Counted from the stretch's first letter, positions 48,946-58,978 are shown. The stretch: 64,000 nt of DNA from an uncultured Chloroflexia bacterium (GCA_963766735.1 CAVYBU010000003.1:160001-224000), one strand, 5' to 3'. The notes: generated from the letters alone by a model not told the origin. Numbers and translations: made by a program.

Positions 48946-49461
48946 CTAGTTCCGACCGAGGAAGAGGTAGGTCCGCCAGGCCTCGTTCCGGTCGTCCTCG
49001 AGGTATGGGGTGAACAGCGAATACACGTCGCTGCGGGGCTCGAACGGCGGGCGCCGGAGCCGGAGGCGCGCCTCGTCCGGCGTCTGGCCGCCCTTCCGGT
49101 GGTTGCAGGTCTTGCAGGCGGCGACGAGGTTCTCCCAGGTGTGGGACCCGCCGCGGTGGCGCGGGACCACGTGGTCCAGCGTGAGGTCGTGCGCCACCCT
49201 CCCGCAGTACTGGCAGGTGTGGCGGTCGCGGGCGAAGACCTCGCGCCGGGTCAGCTTCACGCGCGGCCGCGGCCGGCGGATATGGTGCTGGAGGCGGATC
49301 ACCGATGGAGCCCGGTAGACGGTCCGAACCGTCCGGATCTCGGCATGGTCGTACTCGATGACCTCGGCCTTGGAGCCGAAGACCAGCCGAAACGCCCGCG
49401 GGATGTTGCAGACGTTCAGCGGCTCGTAGTTCTGGTTCAGCACGAGCACGACGCCGTCCAT
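48946..49461 (-). CDS. HNH endonuclease (McrA-like)
   Basis: VLVLNQNYEPL, CQYCG, TLDHVVPR and ACKTCNHRKG. Confidence 0.92.
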   Translation of the reverse strand: MDGVVLVLNQNYEPLNVCNIPRAFRLVFGSKAEVIEYDHAEIRTVRTVYRAPSVIRLQHHIRRPRPRVKLTRREVFARDRHTCQYCGRVAHDLTLDHVVPRHRGGSHTWENLVAACKTCNHRKGGQTPDEARLRLRRPPFEPRSDVYSLFTPYLEDDRNEAWRTYLFLGRN

Positions 49462-49572
49462 CGCGCGAACGATAACAGCGCTCTCGGTCGCGCGCCCCGT
49501 CGGGGCTGAGGTCGCTTCCGATGACCCTCCCGGGTCTGCCGGAGTGCCATACCGGCCCGTCAGACCAGCCCG

Positions 49573-49773
49573 TCAGATGAGAGGCGGATCCATGTCCCGT
49601 TCGATGCGGGCGATCTCGATCTCGAGGCGGCCGACCTCGGCGGAGGCGTGCTCCCACTCCTCGCCGCCGGGCTCGGCAGCGTTGCGGCGATGGCGTGCCT
49701 CGGCGTGCTGGACGAGGATCTCTTCGCGGGTCGTGGCCTGGGCGATGGCGCCTGGCTTCTCGGGTGCGGACAT
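49573..49773 (-). CDS. Small hypothetical helical-hairpin protein (66 aa)
   Basis: Strong SD GGAGGA before the ATG; MSAPEKPGAIAQATTREEILVQHAEARHRRNAA... Confidence 0.6.
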   Translation of the reverse strand: MSAPEKPGAIAQATTREEILVQHAEARHRRNAAEPGGEEWEHASAEVGRLEIEIARIERDMDPPLI

Positions 49774-49995
49774 GGTTCCTCCGGGCGGTTCTGTCGAAGG
49801 GTAGCGCGCCGTCGGGGCCGCCGGGTGGGTGGCGAGGCGTCGACAACCGCGTCTGCCGTACGCGTGCCGCACGCCGCCGTTGAGTCGCGCGCGTTCAGGA
49901 TAGAGGCGCGCATGGCTCTGGAGCGGCCGTCGGTCGGCGACAGGGCAGGGCGATCCGGTCTTGCGCCTGGGAGCCGGAGGCAGCAGATTGGGGAC

Positions 49996-50628
49996 ATGAC
50001 AGCACCCTTCACGCACAAGGCCCGACCCCGGGTCTACCTGATTCGCCATGGCGAGACCGACTGGAACGCCCAGGGCAGACTCCTGTCGAGGACCGACGCG
50101 CCGCTCAATGGCGTCGGCGAGGCGCAGGCTGCGGCCGTGGCGGTCGAGCTGGCCGACCTGCGCTGGGACCGTGCGTTCACCTCGCCCCTGGTCCGCGCCC
50201 ACCGGACCGCCGAGGTGGTCCTGGCCGGACGGGCGGATGCACCCCGGCTGACGGTGGACGAGCGCCTCGTCGAGATGGACTTCGGGCCGTACGAGGGCTG
50301 GACGGACGCGGAGCTTGAGGCGGACGCGGTAGCCGTGACGCGACGCCGGGACGGCGCCGAGCTCCAGGGGGTGGAGACCGAGGCCGCTGTCGAAGCCCGC
50401 GTGCGGTCGTTCTACGAGGAGCTCATCGGGCTGCCGGGGCGCACGCTCGTGGTGGGGCATGGACGAGCCCTCCGCATCCTGATCGCCGCGTGCGTGCTGG
50501 GCGTGCCTGCCTCGGTGGCCGCGAACCTGCGAATGCGCAACTGCCGGCCAGCGATCGTGGAGCCCGGCGCGCCGTCGCTGTTGCTCGGGTTCAACATGGG
50601 CGCACCGGCGATCGACTTCACTCGTTGA
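49996..50628 (+). CDS. Histidine phosphatase family protein
   Basis: LIRHGETDWN, SPLVRA, EMDFGPYEG and VVGHG motifs. Confidence 0.9.
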   Translation: MTAPFTHKARPRVYLIRHGETDWNAQGRLLSRTDAPLNGVGEAQAAAVAVELADLRWDRAFTSPLVRAHRTAEVVLAGRADAPRLTVDERLVEMDFGPYEGWTDAELEADAVAVTRRRDGAELQGVETEAAVEARVRSFYEELIGLPGRTLVVGHGRALRILIAACVLGVPASVAANLRMRNCRPAIVEPGAPSLLLGFNMGAPAIDFTR

Positions 50629-50665
50629 GGCGCCGGCTGGTCGTGCGGCGGCATCTGACCGGCGC

Positions 50666-51046
50666 TCAGCCCTGCTTGGCGGCCGTCCTCGTCCGGCGTG
50701 TCCGCGGCTTCGTCCGGGCGGTGGCCGGCTCAACCTTTGGTTTCGGCTGCGCCCCTGGCTTCGGTCCCGCGTGCGCCGCCGGCCCATCCACCGCATCCAC
50801 GATCCCAACCACGACCGCGCGCAAGGGCCCGTACGGCGCCCCGACGATCTGGCGTGCGGACGTGCCTTCGTCCAGGATCAGAACCAGCTCGCCCGCTCCG
50901 GCCCCCACCGTGTCCACGGCGATCAGGTAGCCACCGGAGTCCTCACCGGACGGTTCCACCAGGTCGCACAGCAGCAGCGTCCGGTCTTCGAAGATCGGGG
51001 AGTTGATCGTGGACACGACGGTGGCCACCACCCGCGCCAGCTTCAC
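50666..51046 (-). CDS. BMC vertex pentamer (EutN/CcmL family) with basic C-terminal tail
   Basis: MKLARVVATVVST...AVDTVGAGAGELVL...VVGIVD. Confidence 0.9.
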   Translation of the reverse strand: MKLARVVATVVSTINSPIFEDRTLLLCDLVEPSGEDSGGYLIAVDTVGAGAGELVLILDEGTSARQIVGAPYGPLRAVVVGIVDAVDGPAAHAGPKPGAQPKPKVEPATARTKPRTRRTRTAAKQG

Positions 51047-51327
51047 CGCCTGCCTCCGCGGATCGACTCGACGGCGTCCACGATCCCCACGATCGCGTGG
51101 TCCACCGGCGCGAAGCGGTCCTCCATCGCCTCCGCCGCCTCGCGGGATCCGACGATGTACACCAGCTCTCCGGGTCCCGCCATGTGCACCGCATCGGCCG
51201 CCACGACCGGCTGTCCGATTGGCGCCAGCTTCCGGGTGAGCGGCTGCACGATCAGCAGCCGGACGCCCTCGAGCGAGGGCGACTTGACCGTTGCCACGAC
51301 GGTCCCGATCACGCGTGCGAGCTGCAT
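51043..51327 (-). CDS. BMC vertex pentamer (EutN/CcmL family)
   Basis: MQLARVIGTVVATVK...AADAVHMAGPGE...IVGIVD. Confidence 0.92.
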   Translation of the reverse strand: MQLARVIGTVVATVKSPSLEGVRLLIVQPLTRKLAPIGQPVVAADAVHMAGPGELVYIVGSREAAEAMEDRFAPVDHAIVGIVDAVESIRGGRR

Positions 51328-51330
51328 CGG

Positions 51331-51990
51331 CTACGCCCCTGTGCCCTTGACCCGGGCGCGGAACCGCGGGTCCGCCTCGAGCTCCTGGCGCATCTCCCCG
51401 TGGAGCTGCGCAATCACCCTCCAGGTCGGCATCCGCGTGCCGGGCAGGGCTCCCGCAGCCACGTCCGTGACCCGCTCGCAGGCGATGGCCACCGCTGCCT
51501 CAACCTCCGACACCGCGCCGTCGAACAGCAGGTAGCCCTTGCCGCCGATGCCGTCACCCAGGCGCAGGTCCAGCAGCCGCACCCGTGCGCCCTTCACGCC
51601 CGCGTCGGCAGCGCAGATCACCGAGGCCACGGTCTCGGTCTCGATGATGCCGAGCGCCTCGCCCGTGCCAACGAGCCGTTCCCCGCGAAGCGCCGCGACG
51701 ACCTGGTCGTGGACGTTGGGCAGGAACACCGTGTCCAGGAGGCACGGCCCGCCGACCTCGCGACCCGCCGCGAACGCCTCCTCCACGTCGCCCACGGCCC
51801 CGCCCACCAGCACCAGGTAGCGACCCGGGTGGATCGTCCCGCTGCGGAGCACGTCGATCGGGGCGCGCTTGGCCATGGCATCGCCCGCCTCGATCCCGAC
51901 CGCGATGGAGTCGAACTCCAGCAGGGCGATCGCGGGCTGCAGCGGGTCGCGCGCGGGCAAGTCATTCGGATCGCGCGCGGGACGGGCCAT
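51331..51990 (-). CDS. BMC-T tandem shell protein, PduT-like
   Basis: AIALLEFDSIAVGIEAGDAMAK, TIHPGRY, ALGIIET, ADAGVK and GIGGKG. Confidence 0.88.
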   Translation of the reverse strand: MARPARDPNDLPARDPLQPAIALLEFDSIAVGIEAGDAMAKRAPIDVLRSGTIHPGRYLVLVGGAVGDVEEAFAAGREVGGPCLLDTVFLPNVHDQVVAALRGERLVGTGEALGIIETETVASVICAADAGVKGARVRLLDLRLGDGIGGKGYLLFDGAVSEVEAAVAIACERVTDVAAGALPGTRMPTWRVIAQLHGEMRQELEADPRFRARVKGTGA

Positions 51991-53441
51991 CAGACGATCC
52001 TCAGCGCGCCGACGACGGTGACACGTCGCTCGCGGGAGAACGTCCGGGGGCGTGTCATGCCGTCTCCCGAGGGGCTGGCGATGGACACCGTCGCGAACCC
52101 CTCGCCGCCCTCACCGAGACCCGTGAAGTTGGGCCCGTTGGCGACGAAGATCGAGCAGTTCATCGCCCGCGCCATCCGCGTGATCGTGTCCACGTTGGTG
52201 GAGTGGATCGAGGCCGTGTGGCGGAACCCGTGCTCCGCACGCACCGCCAGGTCGATCGCCGCGTCGACATCCGCAACCCGGACAACCGGCAGCACCGGCA
52301 TCATCTGCTCGGTCCAGACCAGGCCGTGCTCCGCGGGCACCTCGGCGACCAGCAGCCGGGGCTCCACGGCTGGGCGGACCCCGATCTCGGCCAGGATCCG
52401 CGCCGCGTCGCGCCCGATCCAGGCGGGGTTCACGTGCCACGGCTTGCCGGGCGCACCGAGCTCGGTGAAGATCACCCGCTCGAGACGCCGCAGCTCGTGC
52501 TCCGCCAGGACGTAGGCGCCGTTCTGGCCCATGGAGCGGACCAGCCGGTCCGCGATCGACGACACCGCGATGACCAGCTTCTCGTCCGTGCACACGATGT
52601 TGTTGTCGAAGGACGCGCCCTTGACGATATCGGCACCGGCCTTCTCGACGTCCGCGGTCTCGTCCACGACCGCCGGCGGGTTGCCGGGGCCCGCGGTGAT
52701 CGCGCGTTTGTCGGTGCGCAGCGCCTCACGGACGACGCCGGGGCCGCCGGTGACCAGCAGCACGCGTACGTCGGGGTGGGCCATCAGCGCGCGGGCGCTC
52801 TCGATCGTGGGCTCCGCGACGGCGGTGACCAGGTTCGGCGGCCCGCCGGCCGCGATGATCGCGCGGTTGACCAGGCGGACGGCCGCGTTGGACGTGCGGC
52901 GCGCGGACGGGTGGGCGTTGAACACCACCGCGTTCCCCGCGGACACGATGCTGATCGCATTGTTGATGACCGTGGCCACCGGGTTGGTGACCGGCGTGAT
53001 CGCGCCGACGACGCCGAACGGCGCGAACTCCGTGATCATCATCCCCCGCGCCCCGGAGACGGCCTGGACCTCGAGGTCCTCCGGTCCGGGTGCCTTGGTG
53101 GCGACGAGCCGGTTCTTGACCGTCTTGTCGTCGATGCGCCCGAGGCCCGTCTCCTCGACTGCCATGCGGGCCATCGGCTCCGCCTGCTCGACGGCGGCAC
53201 GGCGGACCGCATCGATGATCACCTTCCGCTGGTCCAGCTCCAGGCGGGTGGAGCGGAAGGCCGCGGTGGCGGCTGCCACGGCCTCGTCGAGGCGCGCGAA
53301 GACGCCGTCCCCGACCGCGCCGGTCGTCGGAGCGGCGAGCTCCGCCTGGACGGCCATGCGGCGGCCAGCGCCGGGATCGGGTGAGCCGACACGCCGGCGC
53401 ACCCGGTCGATGATGTCTGCGATCTCGCGTTCGTCGAGCAC
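51990..53441 (-). CDS. CoA-acylating aldehyde dehydrogenase (EutE/PduP family) with N-terminal encapsulation peptide
   Basis: PFGVVGAITPVTNP, TGGPGVV, AGPGNPP, SFDNNIVCTDEK, EQMMP and EHGFRHTA; N-terminal helix LDEREIADIIDRVRRRV. Confidence 0.92.
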   Translation of the reverse strand: MLDEREIADIIDRVRRRVGSPDPGAGRRMAVQAELAAPTTGAVGDGVFARLDEAVAAATAAFRSTRLELDQRKVIIDAVRRAAVEQAEPMARMAVEETGLGRIDDKTVKNRLVATKAPGPEDLEVQAVSGARGMMITEFAPFGVVGAITPVTNPVATVINNAISIVSAGNAVVFNAHPSARRTSNAAVRLVNRAIIAAGGPPNLVTAVAEPTIESARALMAHPDVRVLLVTGGPGVVREALRTDKRAITAGPGNPPAVVDETADVEKAGADIVKGASFDNNIVCTDEKLVIAVSSIADRLVRSMGQNGAYVLAEHELRRLERVIFTELGAPGKPWHVNPAWIGRDAARILAEIGVRPAVEPRLLVAEVPAEHGLVWTEQMMPVLPVVRVADVDAAIDLAVRAEHGFRHTASIHSTNVDTITRMARAMNCSIFVANGPNFTGLGEGGEGFATVSIASPSGDGMTRPRTFSRERRVTVVGALRIV

Positions 53442-53492
53442 GTGATCCGTTCCTTCAGGCTCGCGGGTCGGGCCCCCGTCGGAGGCCCGTGA

Positions 53493-53780
53493 CTACTTGT
53501 GGTAGATCTCCGTGCCGCCGACCTCGAAGGTGTCGACGATGGCCATGATCACGGCGTCGCACGGGCGGTCCTTCGTGACCTCCGTCTGGCGCGCCGAGGA
53601 GCCGCTCGCGTAGAGCACCACCTCGCCCACGCCGGCGCCGACGGTGTCCACGCCCACGACGTAGCCGCCGGTCGGCTGGTTGTCCGCGCCGAGCTGCTGC
53701 ACGATCAGGAGCCGCCACCCCTCCATCAGGGGTTCCTTGCGGGTCGAGACGACCGTGCCGGCGATTCGTCCGAGAAGCAT
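53493..53780 (-). CDS. BMC vertex pentamer (EutN/CcmL family)
   Basis: GTVVSTRK...[17 protein letters not shown]...DAVIMAIVD. Confidence 0.93.
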   Translation of the reverse strand: MLLGRIAGTVVSTRKEPLMEGWRLLIVQQLGADNQPTGGYVVGVDTVGAGVGEVVLYASGSSARQTEVTKDRPCDAVIMAIVDTFEVGGTEIYHK

Positions 53781-53862
53781 CGGGTTCCTCTCCGGCCTGT
53801 CCAGGCCTTCAGCTGCGGGGGCGGCCGATCACGACCGCCCCCGGAGGGTCCTCCAGACGCGA

Positions 53863-54165
53863 TCAGCCGAGCTCGGCCGTCGCCTCGTCCAGACGGCCCA
53901 GTGGCAGCACCGTGTCCACGTTGGCGTGCGGCCGGGCGATCACGTGGGTCGCGACGACCTCGCCGACCTTGGCCGCGCTGCGGGCGCCGGCCTCGACGGC
54001 GGCCTTGACCGCCGCGACGTCGCCTCGCACGACGGCGGTCACGTACCCGCCGCCGGTCTTCTCGTAGTTCACCAGCTCCACCTTGGCGGCCTTGACCATC
54101 GCGTCCGCCGCCTCGACGACCGCGGCGAACCCGCGAGCCTCGATCATTCCCAGTGCGTCTGCCAT
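53863..54165 (-). CDS. BMC-H hexameric shell protein (EutM/PduA-like)
   Basis: [27 protein letters not shown] and HVIARPH. Confidence 0.95.
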   Translation of the reverse strand: MADALGMIEARGFAAVVEAADAMVKAAKVELVNYEKTGGGYVTAVVRGDVAAVKAAVEAGARSAAKVGEVVATHVIARPHANVDTVLPLGRLDEATAELG

Positions 54166-54274
54166 CGGACCCTCTCCCGTATCGGTGCTTGCTCCGGTCG
54201 GCCGGTCGGCCGCCGGATCGGTTGGTGGTTGTCGGTTCTGGGGTTGCCCCTTCGCCGTGATCGCCCGGCGATCG

Positions 54275-54890
<616 letters not shown>

Positions 54891-54904
<14 letters not shown>

Positions 54905-55778
54905 TGGTCCCACCTACTCCCGTCACGATCTTGACCCCGGCCGACGCCCCGATCCGGGTCGCCCCCGCGGCGATCATCTCCTCGACATCGTCCTTGGTCC
55001 TGATCCCTCCCGCGGCCTTGACCCCGATCCGCGGCCCCACCGCCTCGCGCATGAGCGCGACGTCGAACACGGTGGCGCCACCCGAGGCATAGCCGGTTGA
55101 GGTCTTGACGAAGTCCGCCTTGGCGTCCTTCGCCAGCCGGCACGCGACCACCTTCTCGGCGTCCGTCAGGAGCGCGGCCTCGATGATCACCTTGTTGATG
55201 GCGCCCGACTCGTGGCACGCGTCCGAGACCTTGGCGATGTCCTCGCGGACCAGGTCGTGCAGGCCGGACTTGAGCGCCCCGACGTTGATCACCATGTCGA
55301 TCTCGCGAGCGCCGTCCCGGATGACCTGGCGTGTCTCGTGGGCTTTGACTTCCGAGATCGTGGCACCGAACGGGAAGCCGACGACCGAGGCCACAGCGAC
55401 GCCGCTGCCCCTGAGGATCCTCGCCGCGCGGGCGACCCAGACCGGGTTGATGCACACCGACGCGAAGCCGTGCTTCATGGCCTCCGCGCACAGCCTGTCG
55501 ATGTCGGCATCGGTGGCATCCGGCTTGAGCAGCGTGTGGTCGATGTACTTCGCGAGGTTGACCGGGACGTAGCCGGCCTCTCCGCTGTAGCTGACGCGCG
55601 ACGCGCCGCCGGCGACCACCTCCGCCACCTTCGGAGCGCACCGGGCCGCGCACCCGCCAGAGCAGGTGGCGCAGTTGATCCCGTCGGGTCCGGAGCCGGG
55701 GGCGCCCGCGAGCGTCGCCATGACCTGGCGCGTGATCGCCTCGATGAGCTGGAGACGTTCCTCGGGCGGTGCGGTCAT
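54891..55778 (-). CDS. deoC: Deoxyribose-phosphate aldolase with N-terminal encapsulation peptide and Cys-rich linker
   Basis: [42 protein letters not shown] and RIGAS. Confidence 0.93.
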
Positions 55779-56437
55779 CGGGGTTCCTCTGGCTGGGGCC
55801 TGCTGTAACGCTGCTCGATGTCGGTGATCTTCGCGACGCGCTTGCCATGCCGCTCCGCGCCCCAGGGGGTGGCGAGGAACGTGTCGACGATCTCGAGGGC
55901 CATGCCCTCGCCGATCATCCGGGCGCCGAGCGTCAGCACGTTGGCGTAGTTGTGCTCGCGCGCGTTGCGGGCCATCGAGGTGTCGTGGGCATTCGCCGCG
56001 CGCACGCCCGGGACCTTGTTCGCGGTCATCGCGGAACCGATCCCGGCGCCGTCGATGACGATGCCGTTGGCGCACGCGCCGCTCGCCACGAGGCGTGCGA
56101 CGACATGCGCGAAATCCGGGTAGTCCACGGCGTCGGGGCCGTTGGTGCCGCAATCGGTGACGCCGAAGCCATTGTCGGCGAGGTGCTTCGCGAGCACGGA
56201 CTTGAGGGCGAAACCGCCGTGGTCCGCGCCGATGGCAACGGTTGTCGCAGCAGCGGAGAGGACCGGGGCGATGGCCGCAACCGGGGCGATTTCCGCAACC
56301 GGGGCGATGGCCGCAACCGGCACCGGGGGCGTCTGCGCGGGTACGTTTGCTGCCGCCCGTCCGGCCTCCAGACCCTCGAGCGCGCGCTCCACCAGCTGGC
56401 GCACGACCTCCTCGTTCGGTATCCCTCGCTCAGCCAT
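55775..56437 (-). CDS. rpiB: RpiB/LacAB family sugar-phosphate isomerase with N-terminal encapsulation peptide
   Basis: [38 protein letters not shown] and RHGKRV. Confidence 0.9.
   Translation of the reverse strand: MAERGIPNEEVVRQLVERALEGLEAGRAAANVPAQTPPVPVAAIAPVAEIAPVAAIAPVLSAAATTVAIGADHGGFALKSVLAKHLADNGFGVTDCGTNGPDAVDYPDFAHVVARLVASGACANGIVIDGAGIGSAMTANKVPGVRAANAHDTSMARNAREHNYANVLTLGARMIGEGMALEIVDTFLATPWGAERHGKRVAKITDIEQRYSRPQPEEPR
56262..56315 (-). repeat. 18-bp coding tandem repeat x3 in the RpiB linker
   Basis: ACCGGGGCGATGGCCGCA / ACCGGGGCGATTTCCGCA / ACCGGGGCGATGGCCGCA on the + strand. Confidence 0.85.
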
Positions 56438-57407
56438 GGGCCAGCACCCAGGCGGCGGTGGCGTCGTCGCAGGCGAGGACGTTGACGAGGCCCGCCCGGA
56501 TCGACGCGAGGGCGATCGGCCCTCGTTCCGCACCGGCTGCCACACCCATCCGGAACGGCTTCCGAGCGAGCTGGTTCAGCGACAGGCCCACCGTCCGCCG
56601 GTCCAGCTTGGGCCAGGCCACCTCACCGTCAGCATCCAGGAAGTGCCCGATGACGTCGCCCACGGCACCCCGCGCACGGAGGCGTGCCTGCTCGTCCTCG
56701 TCCACGAACCCGGAAGCGAGGTGCGGGCTATCCGGGGCCGGGATGCCCAGGCCGAAGACCGCGGCAGGCGCGGCACGGGCAGCGTCCACCGTCTCGCGAA
56801 TTGCCGGGTCCTTCATCAGGGCGTCGCGCAGATCCGCGCTGCCCACGATGGCAGGCGCCGCCAAACCACGGAAGGTCGCGCCGGACGTCGCGGCGAACCG
56901 CTCGAGGATCTCGTTCGCGCGTGTCGGTTGCGTGGAACGTGACGCCGCCCCGTTGAGCTGCACGATCTCGGTAGCCTGGGTCCAGCCGTCAGGGAGACGC
57001 TGCGCGAGGGCGAGCATCGTGCGACCCCACGAGACGCCGATGGTGCCGGTGGGGCGCCGCGCATGGAGATAGTCAACGACCGCGTTCGCGACCGCGTCCC
57101 GCGCGAGGTCGTCGGCCTCCCGGCCGGCGCCGGTCGCCGCGGGAACGTCTGCGACCACGGCGGCTTCAAGTCCGAAGCGTTGCGCCAGCTGCACCTCGAG
57201 GTCCACCAGCCGCGCGTCGGGGTGGACGACCTCGATCCGCACGATGTCCTCGCGAAGGGCGCGGTCAAGCAGACGACCAACCCTGAAGCGGCTCAACCCG
57301 AGCCGTTCGCCGATCTGCTCCTGGCTCAGGTGCATCCGGTAGTACATCTGCGCGATGCGCACCATCAGCCGCGTGTCGCTCGCCCCCCGACTCCGCGCTG
57401 CGTGCAC
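56430..57407 (-). CDS. SorC/DeoR(Bacillus)-type sugar-binding transcriptional regulator
   Basis: AQMYY...SQEQIGERLGLSRFRVGRLL HTH, GVSWGRT, GAVGDVIGHF and VAAG. Confidence 0.92.
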   Translation of the reverse strand: MHAARSRGASDTRLMVRIAQMYYRMHLSQEQIGERLGLSRFRVGRLLDRALREDIVRIEVVHPDARLVDLEVQLAQRFGLEAAVVADVPAATGAGREADDLARDAVANAVVDYLHARRPTGTIGVSWGRTMLALAQRLPDGWTQATEIVQLNGAASRSTQPTRANEILERFAATSGATFRGLAAPAIVGSADLRDALMKDPAIRETVDAARAAPAAVFGLGIPAPDSPHLASGFVDEDEQARLRARGAVGDVIGHFLDADGEVAWPKLDRRTVGLSLNQLARKPFRMGVAAGAERGPIALASIRAGLVNVLACDDATAAWVLAHG

Positions 57408-57431
57408 TGATCCTCCGGGCTCCAGTTACTG

Positions 57432-57462
57432 CACATATGAGCGAACAGCATCACATATGAGC
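57432..57462. promoter_or_regulatory. Operator of the BMC operon: direct repeat CACATATGAGC x2 with 20-bp period
   Basis: 57432-57442 and 57452-57462, each with a palindromic CATATG core, lying between promoter and regulator start. Confidence 0.72.
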
Positions 57463-57474
57463 AACTTGAACGGT

Positions 57475-57504
57475 AATCTACGCTTCTGCGGGGCCAGATG
57501 TCAA
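57475..57504 (-). promoter_or_regulatory. Sigma70-type promoter of the BMC operon
   Basis: Minus strand TTGACA-18 nt-TAGATT. Confidence 0.72.
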
Positions 57505-57766
57505 GAAGGACGGCCCAAGACTCGACGACGCGGGCCGATTTGTGACGAGGGGGGCCGAATTCGGAGCGAGGATGGCGTTCCGGTGGCCCGGCCGCAGGCG
57601 GCTCCTGCGGAATACGTGACCGCCATGAGGCCGATGGTCTTGTCGGGAGGGGCGCTGGGGCGGGGCGTTACGCAGGAGAGGGGGCGACGCTCCGGGGCGG
57701 GCGTGGAGCAGCGCCGCTCAGCGGTCCACGGCGAAAGAGGCCCTTGTCGTCACCGGTTGACGGATC

Positions 57767-58849
57767 TCAGCGGACTGCCGCGTACACCGCGTTCAGCGCC
57801 GCATCGATCGGGTCGGACGGCAGGCCCCAGACGCCGGTGAGATAGACGAACACCAGGTCATGGGCGGGATCGATCCAGAGGCGCGTCCCGGACATTCCGC
57901 CATGCCCGAACGCCGTGGTTGTTGCCGGCGACGTCGTGCCTCTCCTGCCCCAGCCGATGGCGTAGTGCTCGTCCGCCAGCCGGTCCTCGGCGGCACCCAG
58001 GCCATTGATGGTGACCTCGCGGGTGGCGAGGTCCGCGAAGGCGGGCGCCAGCACGCGCTCGCCTTCCAGCTCCCCGCGGCCGAGCATCGCGCGTCCGAAC
58101 CGCAGCAGGTCCGACGCCGTGCTCCACAGGCCGCCACCGGCCATGCGCAACCCGATGTAGCCCTCGAGGAGAAGCTCCGCCATGGCCGGGTCGGCTACTT
58201 CCGCCAGCGGTCCGCTGTCCCAGCCGCCCACCCGGACGGGTGCCATGCGCGCAGCACGGTCGGGCCGCGGGTCAAAGCTCGTGTCCCCCATGCCCAGCGG
58301 GTCGAGGACCTCGTCGCGCAGCACCCGGTCAAGCGGCTTCCCGGTCGCACGCTCGACGGCCTCGGCCACCAGCTCCCAGGTGCAGGTCACGTATGCAAAC
58401 CGGGAGCCCGGCACCGCATCCTGCGGGAGCGCGATCGTGCGGCGCAGGAGTTCGGCGCGGTCACCGCCCTGGAGCAGCAGCTGCTCGATGTCGACCTCGC
58501 CCAGGCCCGTGGTGTGGGTCAGGACGTGCCAGGCCGTGAGAGGCGGGTGACCAGCCTCGGCCAGTTCCGGCAGCCACCCGGAGAGCGGCGCGGTCAGGGA
58601 GAAGCGCCCGTCCTGGACAAGCCGCATGACGGCGGTGGTGACGATCGGCTTCGTGATCGATGCCAGCAGGCAGACCGCAGCAGATCCGATCGGGGCGCCG
58701 TCGCGGGGTGGCACGGCCTCGAGGCGGATCGTCCCTGCGGCATTGGCCACGCCGAGGATGACGAAGGGCACGGTGCCGTCCACCACTTGGCGGGCGGCGA
58801 GCGCGAAGGCGCGATCAAGCGCGGCAGCGTCAAGGCGATGGGCAGGCAT
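57767..58849 (-). CDS. Serine hydrolase, beta-lactamase/class C-like family
   Basis: LASITKP (SxxK), VLTHTTG, PLGMGDT, GGGLWST and FGHGG. Confidence 0.88.
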   Translation of the reverse strand: MPAHRLDAAALDRAFALAARQVVDGTVPFVILGVANAAGTIRLEAVPPRDGAPIGSAAVCLLASITKPIVTTAVMRLVQDGRFSLTAPLSGWLPELAEAGHPPLTAWHVLTHTTGLGEVDIEQLLLQGGDRAELLRRTIALPQDAVPGSRFAYVTCTWELVAEAVERATGKPLDRVLRDEVLDPLGMGDTSFDPRPDRAARMAPVRVGGWDSGPLAEVADPAMAELLLEGYIGLRMAGGGLWSTASDLLRFGRAMLGRGELEGERVLAPAFADLATREVTINGLGAAEDRLADEHYAIGWGRRGTTSPATTTAFGHGGMSGTRLWIDPAHDLVFVYLTGVWGLPSDPIDAALNAVYAAVR

Positions 58850-58978
58850 GCCGGAACGATACGCCTCGTTGGACCGCCCGCGGCAGGATCGCCCGCCGCT
58901 CGGTGTCACCCGTTCAGCGGGCGTTGAAATCGGCTAATTGGCAGGGACATGTTTCAGTCTGCCGAGTATCCTCTCCTC

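Noticed and set aside
48946-49461. HNH gene as a homing endonuclease or defence island
   Set aside because: Common stand-alone chromosomal HNH type; no intron, methylase or other defence genes are adjacent
57767-58849. Beta-lactamase resistance gene
   Set aside because: No signal peptide and YVT instead of YxN; more likely a cytoplasmic esterase or amidase
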